IMG/VR virus record: IMGVR_UViG_3300044624_001347
Direction: 5' to 3' (one strand)
Source of the DNA: an uncultured virus (IMG/VR IMGVR_UViG_3300044624_001347)
Lineage: Duplodnaviria > Heunggongvirae > Uroviricota > Caudoviricetes
Length of the DNA stretch: 64,000 nucleotides
The notes below the pieces were generated by a model that made no database searches, was not told the origin of the DNA, and worked only from the letters and a program-made list of their open reading frames with translations. The translations under genes and the position numbers were made by a program. Positions 9,466-19,063 of the stretch are shown here, one piece after another; position 1 is the stretch's first letter, and each line of letters begins with the position of its first letter.

Positions 9466-9494
9466 CTTCTAAAGGTGCGCTTCGGACGGGTCAA
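9466..9494 (-). promoter_or_regulatory. Sigma70-like early promoter (TTGACC-17-TAGAAG)
   Basis: In the divergent intergenic region, preceded by an AT-rich tract, pointing into the early arm. Confidence 0.6.
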
Positions 9495-9729
9495 CACAAA
9501 AAAGACGCCTGTCTGATATTTTTTTTCATGGTGCGATTTCAACGGGTTACGATCCACATCAATGCGTTGTGCGATGTCTCAATGGGTTAGACCTATGGTT
9601 GCGCCATCGTTTTGTTGTGTGCTGCCCCGGCGTGCTGGTAGGATGGCCGGGCCGCATAGGGCGGCAAGATCGGGGAGCTGAGAGCGTTCCCGGTTTGTTC
9701 CTGAAGCAAGCGGCGCAAGCCGCCTTGAG

Positions 9730-10293
9730 GTGGCCGTGTCCGATAAGCCTAGGGGAGAGAAGACGAAGCGTAAGCGCAAACCCCCTGCCCTTCGTGTTGT
9801 GGCAGCATCCCCCGATAGGGTTGTCGTCCCCCTGGCCAATGGGCAAGGCAAAGACGCAAACGGATTGACCGCCAAGCAAGAGGCTTTTGCACAAGGCGTC
9901 GGGTCCCGTGGCGAAACCCTCGCAGTGTCCTACCGGGCCGCATATGACGCCGCCAACATGGCACCGGCCACTGTCCATGCCGAGGCTTGCCGCCTCATGG
10001 CAAACCCCGTGATCGCCGCAAGGGTTAACCAGCTAGTTATGGAAAGGCAGGCGAAAACATCGCTTGATGCCGCCCGGATCAGGCAACACGTCATCGAACG
10101 CTTGCACGCTGAGTCAACCGATCCCGATAGCCCGCCCGCCGCCAGGGTTCGCGCCCTTGAGCTACTGGGCAAGCTGGATGTTGTCGGCGCCTTCCGTGAA
10201 CGGGTTGCCACTGAACCGGCAGAGGCTGCACCGGCTGACCTAGCCGCCACGCTAGAGGCCAAGCTTAGGGCCATGCTGGCAAAGGCGGGCTGA
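9730..10293 (+). CDS. terS: Terminase small subunit
   Basis: LTAKQEAFAQ...YRAAY...EACRLMANPVIAARV...ARVRALELLGK. Confidence 0.85.
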   Translation: MAVSDKPRGEKTKRKRKPPALRVVAASPDRVVVPLANGQGKDANGLTAKQEAFAQGVGSRGETLAVSYRAAYDAANMAPATVHAEACRLMANPVIAARVNQLVMERQAKTSLDAARIRQHVIERLHAESTDPDSPPAARVRALELLGKLDVVGAFRERVATEPAEAAPADLAATLEAKLRAMLAKAG

Positions 10294-10754
10294 GGCTGCC
10301 GGTCTAGATAGATCGCGCGAGGTGGAGGTTGCGGTCTAAAACGGGGAAAAACAGGGGCTTGGCAGGCCGGGCGGTGATGAAAGGCCGGTCCTGCTGACCC
10401 CACCCACCGGGCACACCCCCGTTCGAGCATCGCGTACCCGCCCGCCTATACATACTATTCCACTCCAACGATCCCATAACCTTTGATAGCCTCCTCCCCC
10501 TTCATTTCCCCACCCCTCCTCAGCCATTCTCTCCCCAGAGACCCACCCCCTTCCCTTTTTGGGTCCCATACCCAGGCCGGGGATATCGCAAAAACGGCTG
10601 ATTTCCCCCTCTGGTTGGCTTTTGCCGGGGTTTTGACCCATTTCTGGCTCCCTCATTCTACCTAAGATGGCGCTCGCTCCTTGGTTCTGGGGCAGAATTG
10701 CGCTTAGTCACGGCTTTGGATATGCTTTGTTCCGAAGGTTTGGGGAAGCCTAGG

Positions 10755-10964
10755 ATGAAGATACCGGAGACGTGGACGTTGATTGCCGAGTCTCAGTACT
10801 CTGGGGTTCATGGCGCTGGCTTTTCTCGCTGGGTCTCTATCCCGGATGCTGTTGTGAGCGTGCCTGACGCCAGGGGTCTTCATCGGGATGGGCACATTCT
10901 GATGTCTCAGAAGCGTTTGGCCGATGGACATATGGGTTTGCTTATCAAGGCAAAGGGTAAGTAG
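10755..10964 (+). CDS. Hypothetical protein
   Basis: MKIPETW... ORF immediately upstream of the LexA-like gene. Confidence 0.45.
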   Translation: MKIPETWTLIAESQYSGVHGAGFSRWVSIPDAVVSVPDARGLHRDGHILMSQKRLADGHMGLLIKAKGK

Positions 10965-10965
10965 G

Positions 10966-11214
10966 ATGTCGGGCAGGAAATACCCTTCGGGCAAACTTGG
11001 CGTGACCATGAAGCAGCATTTGGTGCTGGAGTTTGTGAAAAAGTATTGTGCTGAGAAGGGTTACTCACCATCCTATCAGGAGATTGGTGAGTCAGTTGGC
11101 ATTGCGTCCAAGTCTGGTGTGAAGCGGATGATTGATGCGCTCGTTGAGCGCGGCCATCTGGAACTTCTGCCAAGGCGAGCGCGTTCGCTCGCTGTCATTG
11201 AGAAGGCCGCTTGA
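10966..11214 (+). CDS. LexA N-terminal-like DNA-binding protein (no peptidase domain)
   Basis: KQHLVLEFVKKY...GYSPSYQEIGESVGIASKSGVKRMIDALVERGHL...RARSL. Confidence 0.85.
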   Translation: MSGRKYPSGKLGVTMKQHLVLEFVKKYCAEKGYSPSYQEIGESVGIASKSGVKRMIDALVERGHLELLPRRARSLAVIEKAA

Positions 11215-11222
11215 TGATTTCC

Positions 11223-11251
11223 TTGACCCTTGGGGCAGTATTTGATGGAAT
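11223..11251 (+). promoter_or_regulatory. Promoter upstream of terL (TTGACC-17-TGGAAT)
   Basis: Box pattern and spacing in the intergenic region. Confidence 0.5.
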
Positions 11252-11302
11252 GGGCTCGGACCTCCGTCGTCTGACGGTTCAGTCTCTCCGTGAGTGTGAC
11301 TT

Positions 11303-11328
11303 GGCCCCCAGCAATGGGGGCCTTTTTT
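11303..11328 (+). terminator. Intrinsic terminator-like hairpin directly before the terL start
   Basis: GGCCCCCA-GCAA-TGGGGGCC-TTTTTT. Confidence 0.7.
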
Positions 11329-11329
11329 C

Positions 11330-12838
11330 GTGAACCTCGAAGACATTCTGCCCAAGATCAAAGAGCTTCCCGAGTCTGAGCAGGTAGAACTGCTAAGGCT
11401 TGTGGAGAAATTGGAACTGGCCAAGGGCCGGGAGGCTTCCAGGAAGAAGTTTCTGGCGTTCGTCCGACAGATGTGGCCGGGCTTTATCGACGGCGCCCAC
11501 CACAAGATCATGGCAGAAGCCTTCGAGAAGGTTCTCTTCGGAGACTGCAAGCGGCTCATCATCAACATGCCGCCCCGACACACGAAGTCGGAGTTTGCGT
11601 CTTTCCTCCTGCCTGCTTGGTTCATGGGGAACTTCCCGGACAAGAAGATCATCCAGGCCACCCACACGGCTGAGTTGGCAGTGAACTTTGGTCGGAAGGT
11701 CCGGAACCTTCTGGACACTGAAGACTTCCAGAAAATCTTTCCAGACGTAGAGCTTCAGTCTGACTCCAAGGCATCCGGTCGCTGGGCGACCAACAAGGGC
11801 GGCGAGTACTTTGCCGTGGGTGTTGGTGGTGCGATTGCCGGTAAGGGTGCGGACCTCTTCATCATTGATGACCCGCACACGGAGCAAGAGGCCATTCTGG
11901 CCGCTCATGATCCTGCGATCTACGACAAGGCGTTCGACTGGTACACGTCCGGTCCTCGGCAGCGCCTTCAGCCGGATGCCCGCATCGTGATTGTTATGAC
12001 TCGATGGGGCAAGCGAGACCTGACAGGCCGTCTGATTCAGACATCAATGGATCGGGGAGATGGGGAGTCTGAGTGGGAGGTCATTGAGCTTCCCGCCATT
12101 CTGCCATCGGGAAACTCTCTGTGGCCCCAGTTCTGGAAGATCGAGGCGCTTCAGGCGCTGAAGTCAGAACTGCCCGCCCACAAGTGGAATGCTCAGTATC
12201 AGCAGCAGCCGACCAATGCTGAGGGAGCCATTCTCAAGAGAGAGTGGTGGAAGCGTTGGGATCGGGGCCGCCCGCCCGAGTGCGAATACATCATCATATC
12301 TGCCGACACCGCCTTCACCAAGAACAATCGCTCGGACTACAGCGCCTTCACTGTCTGGGGCGTGTTTAACAAGGTGAATGATTCTGGAGTCGAGGGGCAG
12401 AATATTATTCTCCTCGACGCCTTTAAGGATCGTCTGGAGTTCCCGGACCTGAAGCAGCGGGCTCTGGAGGTCTATAAGGAGTGGCAGCCGGATACGATGC
12501 TGGTCGAAGGCAAGGCTTCGGGCTTGCCTCTGATCCATGAGCTTCGTCAGATTGGGATTCCTGTGTCGGAGTTTACCCCGACGCGAGCTTCCGGCGACAA
12601 GATCATGCGGGCAAATAGCGTTAGCGATATGTTTGCCTCTGGTATAGTGTGGGCGCCCGAGACGCGATGGGCCGATGAGGTTATTGAGGAATGCGCCTCT
12701 TTCCCGAATGGGGCTCACGATGACTATGTTGACGCGGTGATTATGGCTCTCATGAGATACAGGCAGGGTGGTTTCGTCCGACTGCCGTCTGACTATGATG
12801 ATGAGCCTGAGCTTCCGCGTCGTGCAGATTATTACTGA
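11330..12838 (+). CDS. terL: Terminase large subunit
   Basis: INMPPRHTKS (Walker A), IIDDP (Walker B), RNase H-like ISADTA and FPNGAHDDYVDA. Confidence 0.97.
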   Translation: MNLEDILPKIKELPESEQVELLRLVEKLELAKGREASRKKFLAFVRQMWPGFIDGAHHKIMAEAFEKVLFGDCKRLIINMPPRHTKSEFASFLLPAWFMGNFPDKKIIQATHTAELAVNFGRKVRNLLDTEDFQKIFPDVELQSDSKASGRWATNKGGEYFAVGVGGAIAGKGADLFIIDDPHTEQEAILAAHDPAIYDKAFDWYTSGPRQRLQPDARIVIVMTRWGKRDLTGRLIQTSMDRGDGESEWEVIELPAILPSGNSLWPQFWKIEALQALKSELPAHKWNAQYQQQPTNAEGAILKREWWKRWDRGRPPECEYIIISADTAFTKNNRSDYSAFTVWGVFNKVNDSGVEGQNIILLDAFKDRLEFPDLKQRALEVYKEWQPDTMLVEGKASGLPLIHELRQIGIPVSEFTPTRASGDKIMRANSVSDMFASGIVWAPETRWADEVIEECASFPNGAHDDYVDAVIMALMRYRQGGFVRLPSDYDDEPELPRRADYY

Positions 12839-12849
12839 GGGGATTGGCC

Positions 12850-15285
12850 GTGGCTGTTGATAAAGCGATGAACCCGCTGGGTAATCCCTCCGACAGCGGC
12901 CTTGAGGTTGAGATTCTGAATCCGGATGCTGTCTCGATTGAGACGGAAGACGGTGGCGCTCTGGTCATTCTTGGGCCTGAGCTTTCCCAAGAGATGATGC
13001 CGGGGTTCCATGACAATCTGGCTGAACACATGGACCCGAGCGACCTTGGCGCTCTGGGCCATGAACTCCTGGATGATTTTGAATCTGACAGCCGCTCCAG
13101 GGAAGATTGGGAAGACACATACAAGAAGGGCCTCGACCTCCTCGGACTGAAGATCGAGGACCGCTCTAGCCCCTGGCCGGGCGCGTGCGGCGTCTTCCAT
13201 CCCATTCTCTCTGAGGCAGCAGTTCGCTTCCAGTCGCAGGCTATCATGGAGACCTTCCCTGCTGGGGGTCCCGTGAAGACCAAGATTGTGGGCAGGATTA
13301 CTCCTGAGCGCGAGCGGCAGGCTCTGCGGGTCAAGAATGACCTGAACTACATCCTGACCGAGAAGATGTCCGAGTACAGGAACGAGCATGAGCGGATGCT
13401 GTTCGCTCTTCCGTTGGCTGGGGCAGCATTCAAGAAGGTGTACTTCGACCCGACACTGGGTCGCCCGGCGTCGATCTATGTCCCGGCTGAGGACTTTGTT
13501 GCCCCTTATGGGGCATCCGATCTCCAGACCGCCAATCGCTATACGCATATCATGCGGAAGCACCCGAACGAGATTCGGAAGCTTCAGGTCATGGGCTTCT
13601 ATCGGGACGTTGATCTCTCTCAGCCCGTTCCTGACAGGAACGAGATTCAACGCACCAAGGACAAGCTGGCTGGTGAAGAGCAGATCGATACCGATGACCG
13701 GCACATGCTGCTGGAGATGCACATCGATCTCGATCTTCCTGGCTACGAGGACGTGGGCAAGGATGGCGAGCCGACCGGCATCGCTCTTCCCTATGTCGTG
13801 ACGGTCGAGCGTTCGACGGGCGTGATCCTGTCGATCTACCGGAACTGGAAGCAGGACGACGAACTGAAGCTGAAGCGTCAGCACTTCGTCCAGTATGGGT
13901 ATATCCCTGGTTTCGGCTTCTACCCGTTCGGTCTGATTCATCTCGTCGGCGGCATTGCCAAGTCTGCTACGTCGATCCTGCGTCAGCTTGTGGATGCGGG
14001 CACGCTGGCCAACCTTCCTGCTGGCCTGAAGTCTCGCGGCCTTCGGATCAAAGGCGACAGCACGCCCCTGATGCCGGGCGAGTTCCGGGACGTGGATATC
14101 TCGTCCGGAGCCATTAAGGACAACATCACCTTCCTGCCCTACAAGGAGCCGTCTCAGGTTCTCGCTGGCCTCCTGGGTACGCTGGTTGAGGAAGGCCGTC
14201 GCTTTGCGTCGATTGCTGATCTTCAGATTGGTGACGCCAACCAGAGCGCCCCCGTTGGAACGACGCTGGCTCTGATGGAGCGAGCGATGAAGGTGATGTC
14301 TGCCGTGCAGGCGCGTCTTCATGCCTCGATGAAGCACGAGCTTGATCTTCTGGTGGATATCATCCGCGTCCACATGAAGGGTAACTACGAATACGAGACG
14401 GACATGGGTGCGACTCGCACCGATGATTATGATGGCAGAATTGATGTCATCCCCGTCACCGACCCGAATGCTGCCTCTCTGTCGCAGCGAGTGGTTCAGT
14501 ATCAGGCGGCGCTTCAGTTGGCCGCTCAGGCCCCACAGATGTACGATCTGCCCGAGCTTCATCGACAGATGCTGACTGTCCTTGGCATTCAGGACCCCGG
14601 TAAGATCATCCCTAGCACGGATGAGAAGAAGCCGATGGACCCTGTCTCTGAGAACATGGCGATCCTGTCTGGTAAGCCCGTGAAGGCGTTTCTGTACCAA
14701 GATCACGAAGCCCACATTAAGGTCCACATGGCCGCGATGCAGGACCCGAAGATTCTTCAGCTTGTGGGGCAGTCGCCCCAGGCGTCTGCAATCCAGGCAG
14801 CGGCGATGGCTCACATCGCAGAGCATATTGGATTCCAGTATCGCCGTGAGATCGAGGATCAGCTTGGCGTCGAACTGCCGCCGCCTGACGAACATCTGCC
14901 CGAAGACATTGAGGTTGCCCTCTCCAAGCTGATTGCAGACGCGGCTGGCAAGCTTCTCCAGAAGGACCAAGCCGAAGCCCAGATGCAGGAAATCCAGCAG
15001 AAGATGCAGGACCCTGTTGTCCAGGCTCAGATGCAGGACGCCCAGAACAAGGCGGCTGAAATCCAGAGGAAGACGCTCAAGGATCGCGCCGACCAGATGG
15101 CGCGTCAGCGTCAGCAGCAGATTGAACTTGAGCGGATCGCCTCTCAGGAGCGGATTGCTGGGGTCAATGCCGGGATCAAGGCAATGTCCCAGAAGCAGTC
15201 CAATGACCAGCGTGGCGACTACGACAACGCAAAGATCAAGCTCGACGCCATGCGTCTTGGCGCTGATCTGATGAAGGGCAAGTGA
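12850..15285 (+). CDS. Portal protein
   Basis: Follows terL; PWPGACGVFHP, GAAFKKVYFD, LRQLVDAGTLAN; Gln-rich coiled-coil C-terminus. Confidence 0.92.
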   Translation: MAVDKAMNPLGNPSDSGLEVEILNPDAVSIETEDGGALVILGPELSQEMMPGFHDNLAEHMDPSDLGALGHELLDDFESDSRSREDWEDTYKKGLDLLGLKIEDRSSPWPGACGVFHPILSEAAVRFQSQAIMETFPAGGPVKTKIVGRITPERERQALRVKNDLNYILTEKMSEYRNEHERMLFALPLAGAAFKKVYFDPTLGRPASIYVPAEDFVAPYGASDLQTANRYTHIMRKHPNEIRKLQVMGFYRDVDLSQPVPDRNEIQRTKDKLAGEEQIDTDDRHMLLEMHIDLDLPGYEDVGKDGEPTGIALPYVVTVERSTGVILSIYRNWKQDDELKLKRQHFVQYGYIPGFGFYPFGLIHLVGGIAKSATSILRQLVDAGTLANLPAGLKSRGLRIKGDSTPLMPGEFRDVDISSGAIKDNITFLPYKEPSQVLAGLLGTLVEEGRRFASIADLQIGDANQSAPVGTTLALMERAMKVMSAVQARLHASMKHELDLLVDIIRVHMKGNYEYETDMGATRTDDYDGRIDVIPVTDPNAASLSQRVVQYQAALQLAAQAPQMYDLPELHRQMLTVLGIQDPGKIIPSTDEKKPMDPVSENMAILSGKPVKAFLYQDHEAHIKVHMAAMQDPKILQLVGQSPQASAIQAAAMAHIAEHIGFQYRREIEDQLGVELPPPDEHLPEDIEVALSKLIADAAGKLLQKDQAEAQMQEIQQKMQDPVVQAQMQDAQNKAAEIQRKTLKDRADQMARQRQQQIELERIASQERIAGVNAGIKAMSQKQSNDQRGDYDNAKIKLDAMRLGADLMKGK

Positions 15286-15485
15286 TGCCAGCTTCCGAGG
15301 AAAACGTCCTGGAGTTTCTTCGTCAGAAATTCCGGGAGATGATGAACATCCACGCAGACCACATTGCTACTGGCGGTGTGGTTGACTGGGCCGATTATCG
15401 GCATCAGGTTGGTGTTATTGAGGGTTTGGCGAAAGCCGAAAGAGAACTGCTTGACCTAGAGGAACGCCTCAGTCGGCAGGACTAA
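15285..15485 (+). CDS. Small head-module protein
   Basis: DWADYRHQVGVIEGL motif, positioned between portal and GroES. Confidence 0.7.
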   Translation: MPASEENVLEFLRQKFREMMNIHADHIATGGVVDWADYRHQVGVIEGLAKAERELLDLEERLSRQD

Positions 15486-15543
15486 TCGCCCATTGTGGGT
15501 GCAGGGTATCGCACGACCCTAACAGTGCGCTCAAAGGACTACC

Positions 15544-15924
15544 ATGCTTAACGTTGATATCAAGATGCCGGACGGAGATGCTGTTCGAGGGGCAACTCAG
15601 CTTCCTCAACCGGCTGGCTTCAAGCTTCTGATTGCTCTTCCTGAGCTTGAGGAAAAGACGGACTCTGGCATCTACTTGCCGGAACAGGTGCGGGAAAAGG
15701 AATCTCTTGCAACTGTTGTTGGCTTCGTCCTAAAGATGGGGTCACTCGCCTATAAAGACCCTGCCAAGTTCCCGGATGGCGCTTGGTGCAAGGAAGGGGA
15801 TTGGGTTTTGTTCCGTGCTTACAGCGGCACCCGTATCAAGATTCATGGCCGGGAGTTCCGGATCATCAATGATGATACTGTCGAGGGTGTTGTTGAAGAC
15901 CCGCGTGGGATTGCACGGGCATGA
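15544..15924 (+). CDS. groES: GroES-like co-chaperonin
   Basis: EEKTDSGIYLP mobile loop; WCKEGDWVLF...YSGT...FRIINDD. Confidence 0.9.
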   Translation: MLNVDIKMPDGDAVRGATQLPQPAGFKLLIALPELEEKTDSGIYLPEQVREKESLATVVGFVLKMGSLAYKDPAKFPDGAWCKEGDWVLFRAYSGTRIKIHGREFRIINDDTVEGVVEDPRGIARA

Positions 15925-16835
15925 GCGCGACCCGGAAGGCTGAAGAGTCCGACGAGGACTTCACCGTCGAAATTGTGGATGACACCCCGGACGAGGATCG
16001 CGGCAAAGCGATTGCCCCGGAGGTCACCGATAACGACGACGACATCACGGTAAAAGACGACGAGATCGCCAACTACCGTGAGTCTTGGAAGCAGCGCCTG
16101 AAGGAGCTTTCCTTCAAGAGCAACGCCGAGCGGCGAGCCAAGGAGCTTGCCGCCAAGGAACGCGACGAGGCAATTCAGCTTGCCCAGCGCCTTGCTGAAG
16201 AGAACAAGAAGTACCGCGAACTCGCCGGTAACACGGAGAAGTTTGCTGCCGATCAAGCCAAGGCTCGTGCCGAGTCTGACATCAGCGCCACCAAGAGGCT
16301 GATGAAGGAAGCGTTCGAGGCTGGCGAGACCGACAAGTTCCTGGACTATCAGGAGCAGCTTCAGCGTTTCGTGAATGAGCATGATCGGTATGCGAACTAC
16401 AAGCCGGTTGCTCTGCCCGAGCCGCAGTATGAGATTCCCCAAGTTCGTCCTCAGCCGGATGCAAAGGCCGTCGAGTGGGCCGGGCGTAATTCCTGGTTCG
16501 AGGGGCAGAACGAGCTTGAGAAGGAGATGACGGGTTACGCCTATGCTGTCAGCGATATGCTGATCCGAGAGCATAAGCTCGACCCGCGTGGTGATAAGTA
16601 CTACGAGGAAATCACGCAGCGCGTTCAGCGCCGTTTCCCCGAGTACTTCCAGAAACCTGAGCCGGAAATTGACGCGACGGCTAAGGTGGCATCGGTGGTC
16701 GCTCCCGCTACTCGTAGCACCAAGACCAACCGCACAGTGCGTCTCACGCCGTCTCAGGTTTCGCTAGCCAAGAGATTCGGCCTTACCCCCGAGCAATACG
16801 TTGCTCAGTATCTGAAGGATTACGGTCATGGCTGA
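15921..16835 (+). CDS. Putative capsid scaffolding protein
   Basis: Acidic coiled-coil; C-terminal VRLTPSQVSLAKRFGLTPEQY; position upstream of the capsid gene. Confidence 0.75.
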   Translation: MSATRKAEESDEDFTVEIVDDTPDEDRGKAIAPEVTDNDDDITVKDDEIANYRESWKQRLKELSFKSNAERRAKELAAKERDEAIQLAQRLAEENKKYRELAGNTEKFAADQAKARAESDISATKRLMKEAFEAGETDKFLDYQEQLQRFVNEHDRYANYKPVALPEPQYEIPQVRPQPDAKAVEWAGRNSWFEGQNELEKEMTGYAYAVSDMLIREHKLDPRGDKYYEEITQRVQRRFPEYFQKPEPEIDATAKVASVVAPATRSTKTNRTVRLTPSQVSLAKRFGLTPEQYVAQYLKDYGHG

Positions 16836-17283
16836 CCGCACCCCCCGCGACCTTGAAACGCGCGAACAGCAGATTCGCCCGACTTCTTGGCGCCCCCCTT
16901 CGATCCTTCCTGATCCTAAGCCTGAGCCGGGGTATGTCTTCCGCTGGGTCCGCACGAGCATGATGAACTCGGTGGACAACACCAATGTCAGCAAGCAGTT
17001 ACGCGAGGGCTATGTGCCTGTTCGTGCCGAAGATCATCCTGAACTGATGCTGGCAGCCGACAAAGACAGTCGCTTTAAGGGCAACATCGAAGTCGGTGGT
17101 CTCCTTCTGTGTAAGATTCCGGAGGAAGTCGTGCGGCAGCGTGCGGCTTACTATGGGAATATGGCGCAACAGCAGATGGACAGCGTGGACAACAATCTGA
17201 TGCGCGAGAGCGATCCTCGTATGCCGGTCCTTCGTCCGGAGCGGTCTTCGAGGACCACGTTTGGTCGTGGTCCCAGGGAATAA
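16828..17283 (+). CDS. Head-module protein
   Basis: WRPPSILP...GYVFRWVR...EGYVPV...GGLLLCKIP. Confidence 0.7.
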   Translation: MADRTPRDLETREQQIRPTSWRPPSILPDPKPEPGYVFRWVRTSMMNSVDNTNVSKQLREGYVPVRAEDHPELMLAADKDSRFKGNIEVGGLLLCKIPEEVVRQRAAYYGNMAQQQMDSVDNNLMRESDPRMPVLRPERSSRTTFGRGPRE

Positions 17284-17329
17284 TTCTTTGGGCCATATCT
17301 CCCAACCCCACATGGAAAGGTAACGGAAA

Positions 17330-17968
17330 GTGGCTTCGACCTCTTCCCCGTATGGGCTTCGTCCCATCAACCTTCTGGGTGGTCAGGGCTATGCTGGTTC
17401 GACTCGCGAGTATGCGATTCCCGCTAGCTATGCCGTGAACATTCAGTATGGCGACCCGGTGATCATCACCAACACGGGTTCGACCCGTGGTACTCTGGCG
17501 CGCTTCAACGCCACCACGACCGCCGCGACTATCACCTCGACGGGTGGTGGCTTTGGTTATGTCGGCGTGTTCGTGGGCGTCACGTTCACCGATCCGGTTT
17601 ACGGCACGGTGTTCCGCCAGAACTATACGGCTGGCAACACGGCGACCGACATCCAGGCTTATGTCGTGGATGACCCGGACGCTCTGTTCCAGGTGCAGGC
17701 TGACGACAGCCTCGGTCAGACGGCTCTGGGCTGCAATGCGGCTCTGATCCAGACGGTTGCTGGCAGCAGCGGCGTAAACATCAACTCTGGCGTTGGCCTC
17801 GATGCCTCCAGCATCGCGACGACCAACACTCTGCCGGTTCGCATTGTTGACTTCGTCAACAGCACGACCAGCCAGATTGGTGATGCGTTCACCGACGTGA
17901 TCGTGCGTATCAACACGCACTTCCACCGCACCGGCAATACCGGCTCTGCCGGTACGGCTGCTAGCTAA
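17330..17968 (+). CDS. Putative capsid decoration/minor head protein
   Basis: PYGLRP, AYVVDDPDALFQVQAD; immediately upstream of the major capsid gene. Confidence 0.65.
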   Translation: MASTSSPYGLRPINLLGGQGYAGSTREYAIPASYAVNIQYGDPVIITNTGSTRGTLARFNATTTAATITSTGGGFGYVGVFVGVTFTDPVYGTVFRQNYTAGNTATDIQAYVVDDPDALFQVQADDSLGQTALGCNAALIQTVAGSSGVNINSGVGLDASSIATTNTLPVRIVDFVNSTTSQIGDAFTDVIVRINTHFHRTGNTGSAGTAAS

Positions 17969-17982
17969 GGAGGCTGTGAAAG

Positions 17983-18891
17983 ATGGCTATTTCACGCGCA
18001 CAGCTTCTCAAGGAACTGCTTCCGGGCCTGAACGCTCTGTTCGGTCTGGAGTACAAGCGGTACGCTGAGGAGCATAAGGAAATCTACGAGACTGAAAACT
18101 CGGAGCGTTCCTTTGAAGAAGAAGTGAAGCTCTCGGGCTTTGCTGCTGCCCCGGTCAAGAACGAAGGTGCGGCGATTGCGTACGACAACGGCCAGGAAGC
18201 CTGGACCGCTCGTTATACGCATGAGACCATCGCGTACGGCTTTTCCATCACCGAAGAGGCGATGGAAGACAACCTGTACGACAGCCTGTCTGCTCGTTAC
18301 ACCAAGGCGCTTGCGCGCTCGATGGCGTTCACGAAGCAGGTGAAGGCTGCGTTCCCGCTGAACAACGGCTTCACCAGCTACCAGTCTGGTGACGGCGTTA
18401 CGCTGTTCAACACCCAGCATCCGCTGGTGTCGGGTGGCTACAACAGCAACCGCCCCGCCACGGCGACCGACCTGAACGAGACCAGCCTTGAGGCTGCTGT
18501 CATTCAGATCGCCGCCTGGACGGATGAGCGTGGTCTGCTGATCGCGGCCCGTCCGCGTAAGCTGATTGTGCCGCCGTCGAACATGTTCGTTGCCACCCGA
18601 CTGCTGGAGACGGAACTCCGTACCGGCACGGCTGACAACGACATCAACGCGCTGAAGTCCAACGGGTCTATCCCCGAGGGCTATACGGTCAACCACTTCC
18701 TGACCGACCCGAACGCGTGGTTCCTCATCACCGACATCCCGAACGGCATGAAGCACTTTGTGCGTTCGCCGCTCGCCACGTCGATGGATGGGGACTTCGA
18801 CACGGGCAACGCGCGCTACAAGGCTCGCGAGCGTTACAGCTTCGGCGTGTCTGACCCGCTGGGCATCTTCGGTTCGCCCGGCTCGTCGTAA
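17983..18891 (+). CDS. Major capsid protein
   Basis: MAISRAQLLKELLPGLNALFGLEY...ARYTHETIA...RYKARERYSFG; AAGGAGG RBS; strong codon bias. Confidence 0.93.
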   Translation: MAISRAQLLKELLPGLNALFGLEYKRYAEEHKEIYETENSERSFEEEVKLSGFAAAPVKNEGAAIAYDNGQEAWTARYTHETIAYGFSITEEAMEDNLYDSLSARYTKALARSMAFTKQVKAAFPLNNGFTSYQSGDGVTLFNTQHPLVSGGYNSNRPATATDLNETSLEAAVIQIAAWTDERGLLIAARPRKLIVPPSNMFVATRLLETELRTGTADNDINALKSNGSIPEGYTVNHFLTDPNAWFLITDIPNGMKHFVRSPLATSMDGDFDTGNARYKARERYSFGVSDPLGIFGSPGSS

Positions 18892-18915
18892 GACGGTCCG
18901 CACGCCGAATAACGG

Positions 18916-18944
18916 GCAGGGGGCTTCGGCCCCCTGCTTTTTTT
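18916..18944 (+). terminator. Intrinsic terminator after the capsid gene
   Basis: GCAGGGGGC-TTCG-GCCCCCTGC followed by a T-run. Confidence 0.9.
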
Positions 18945-19063
18945 GTGCTTGCTGTAACCTTTCTAGACCGGGCATAATGTGGGTGATTCCGGGCAAACCG
19001 GCTTCACTGACTGTCCCGGCAGACATGAACGAGACAGTGAAGCCATAGTGTGTGAGAAAAACG

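Noticed and set aside
10966..11214. CI-like repressor implying a temperate lifestyle
   Set aside because: Only a LexA-type DNA-binding domain is present; no peptidase domain, integrase or partition genes were recognised.
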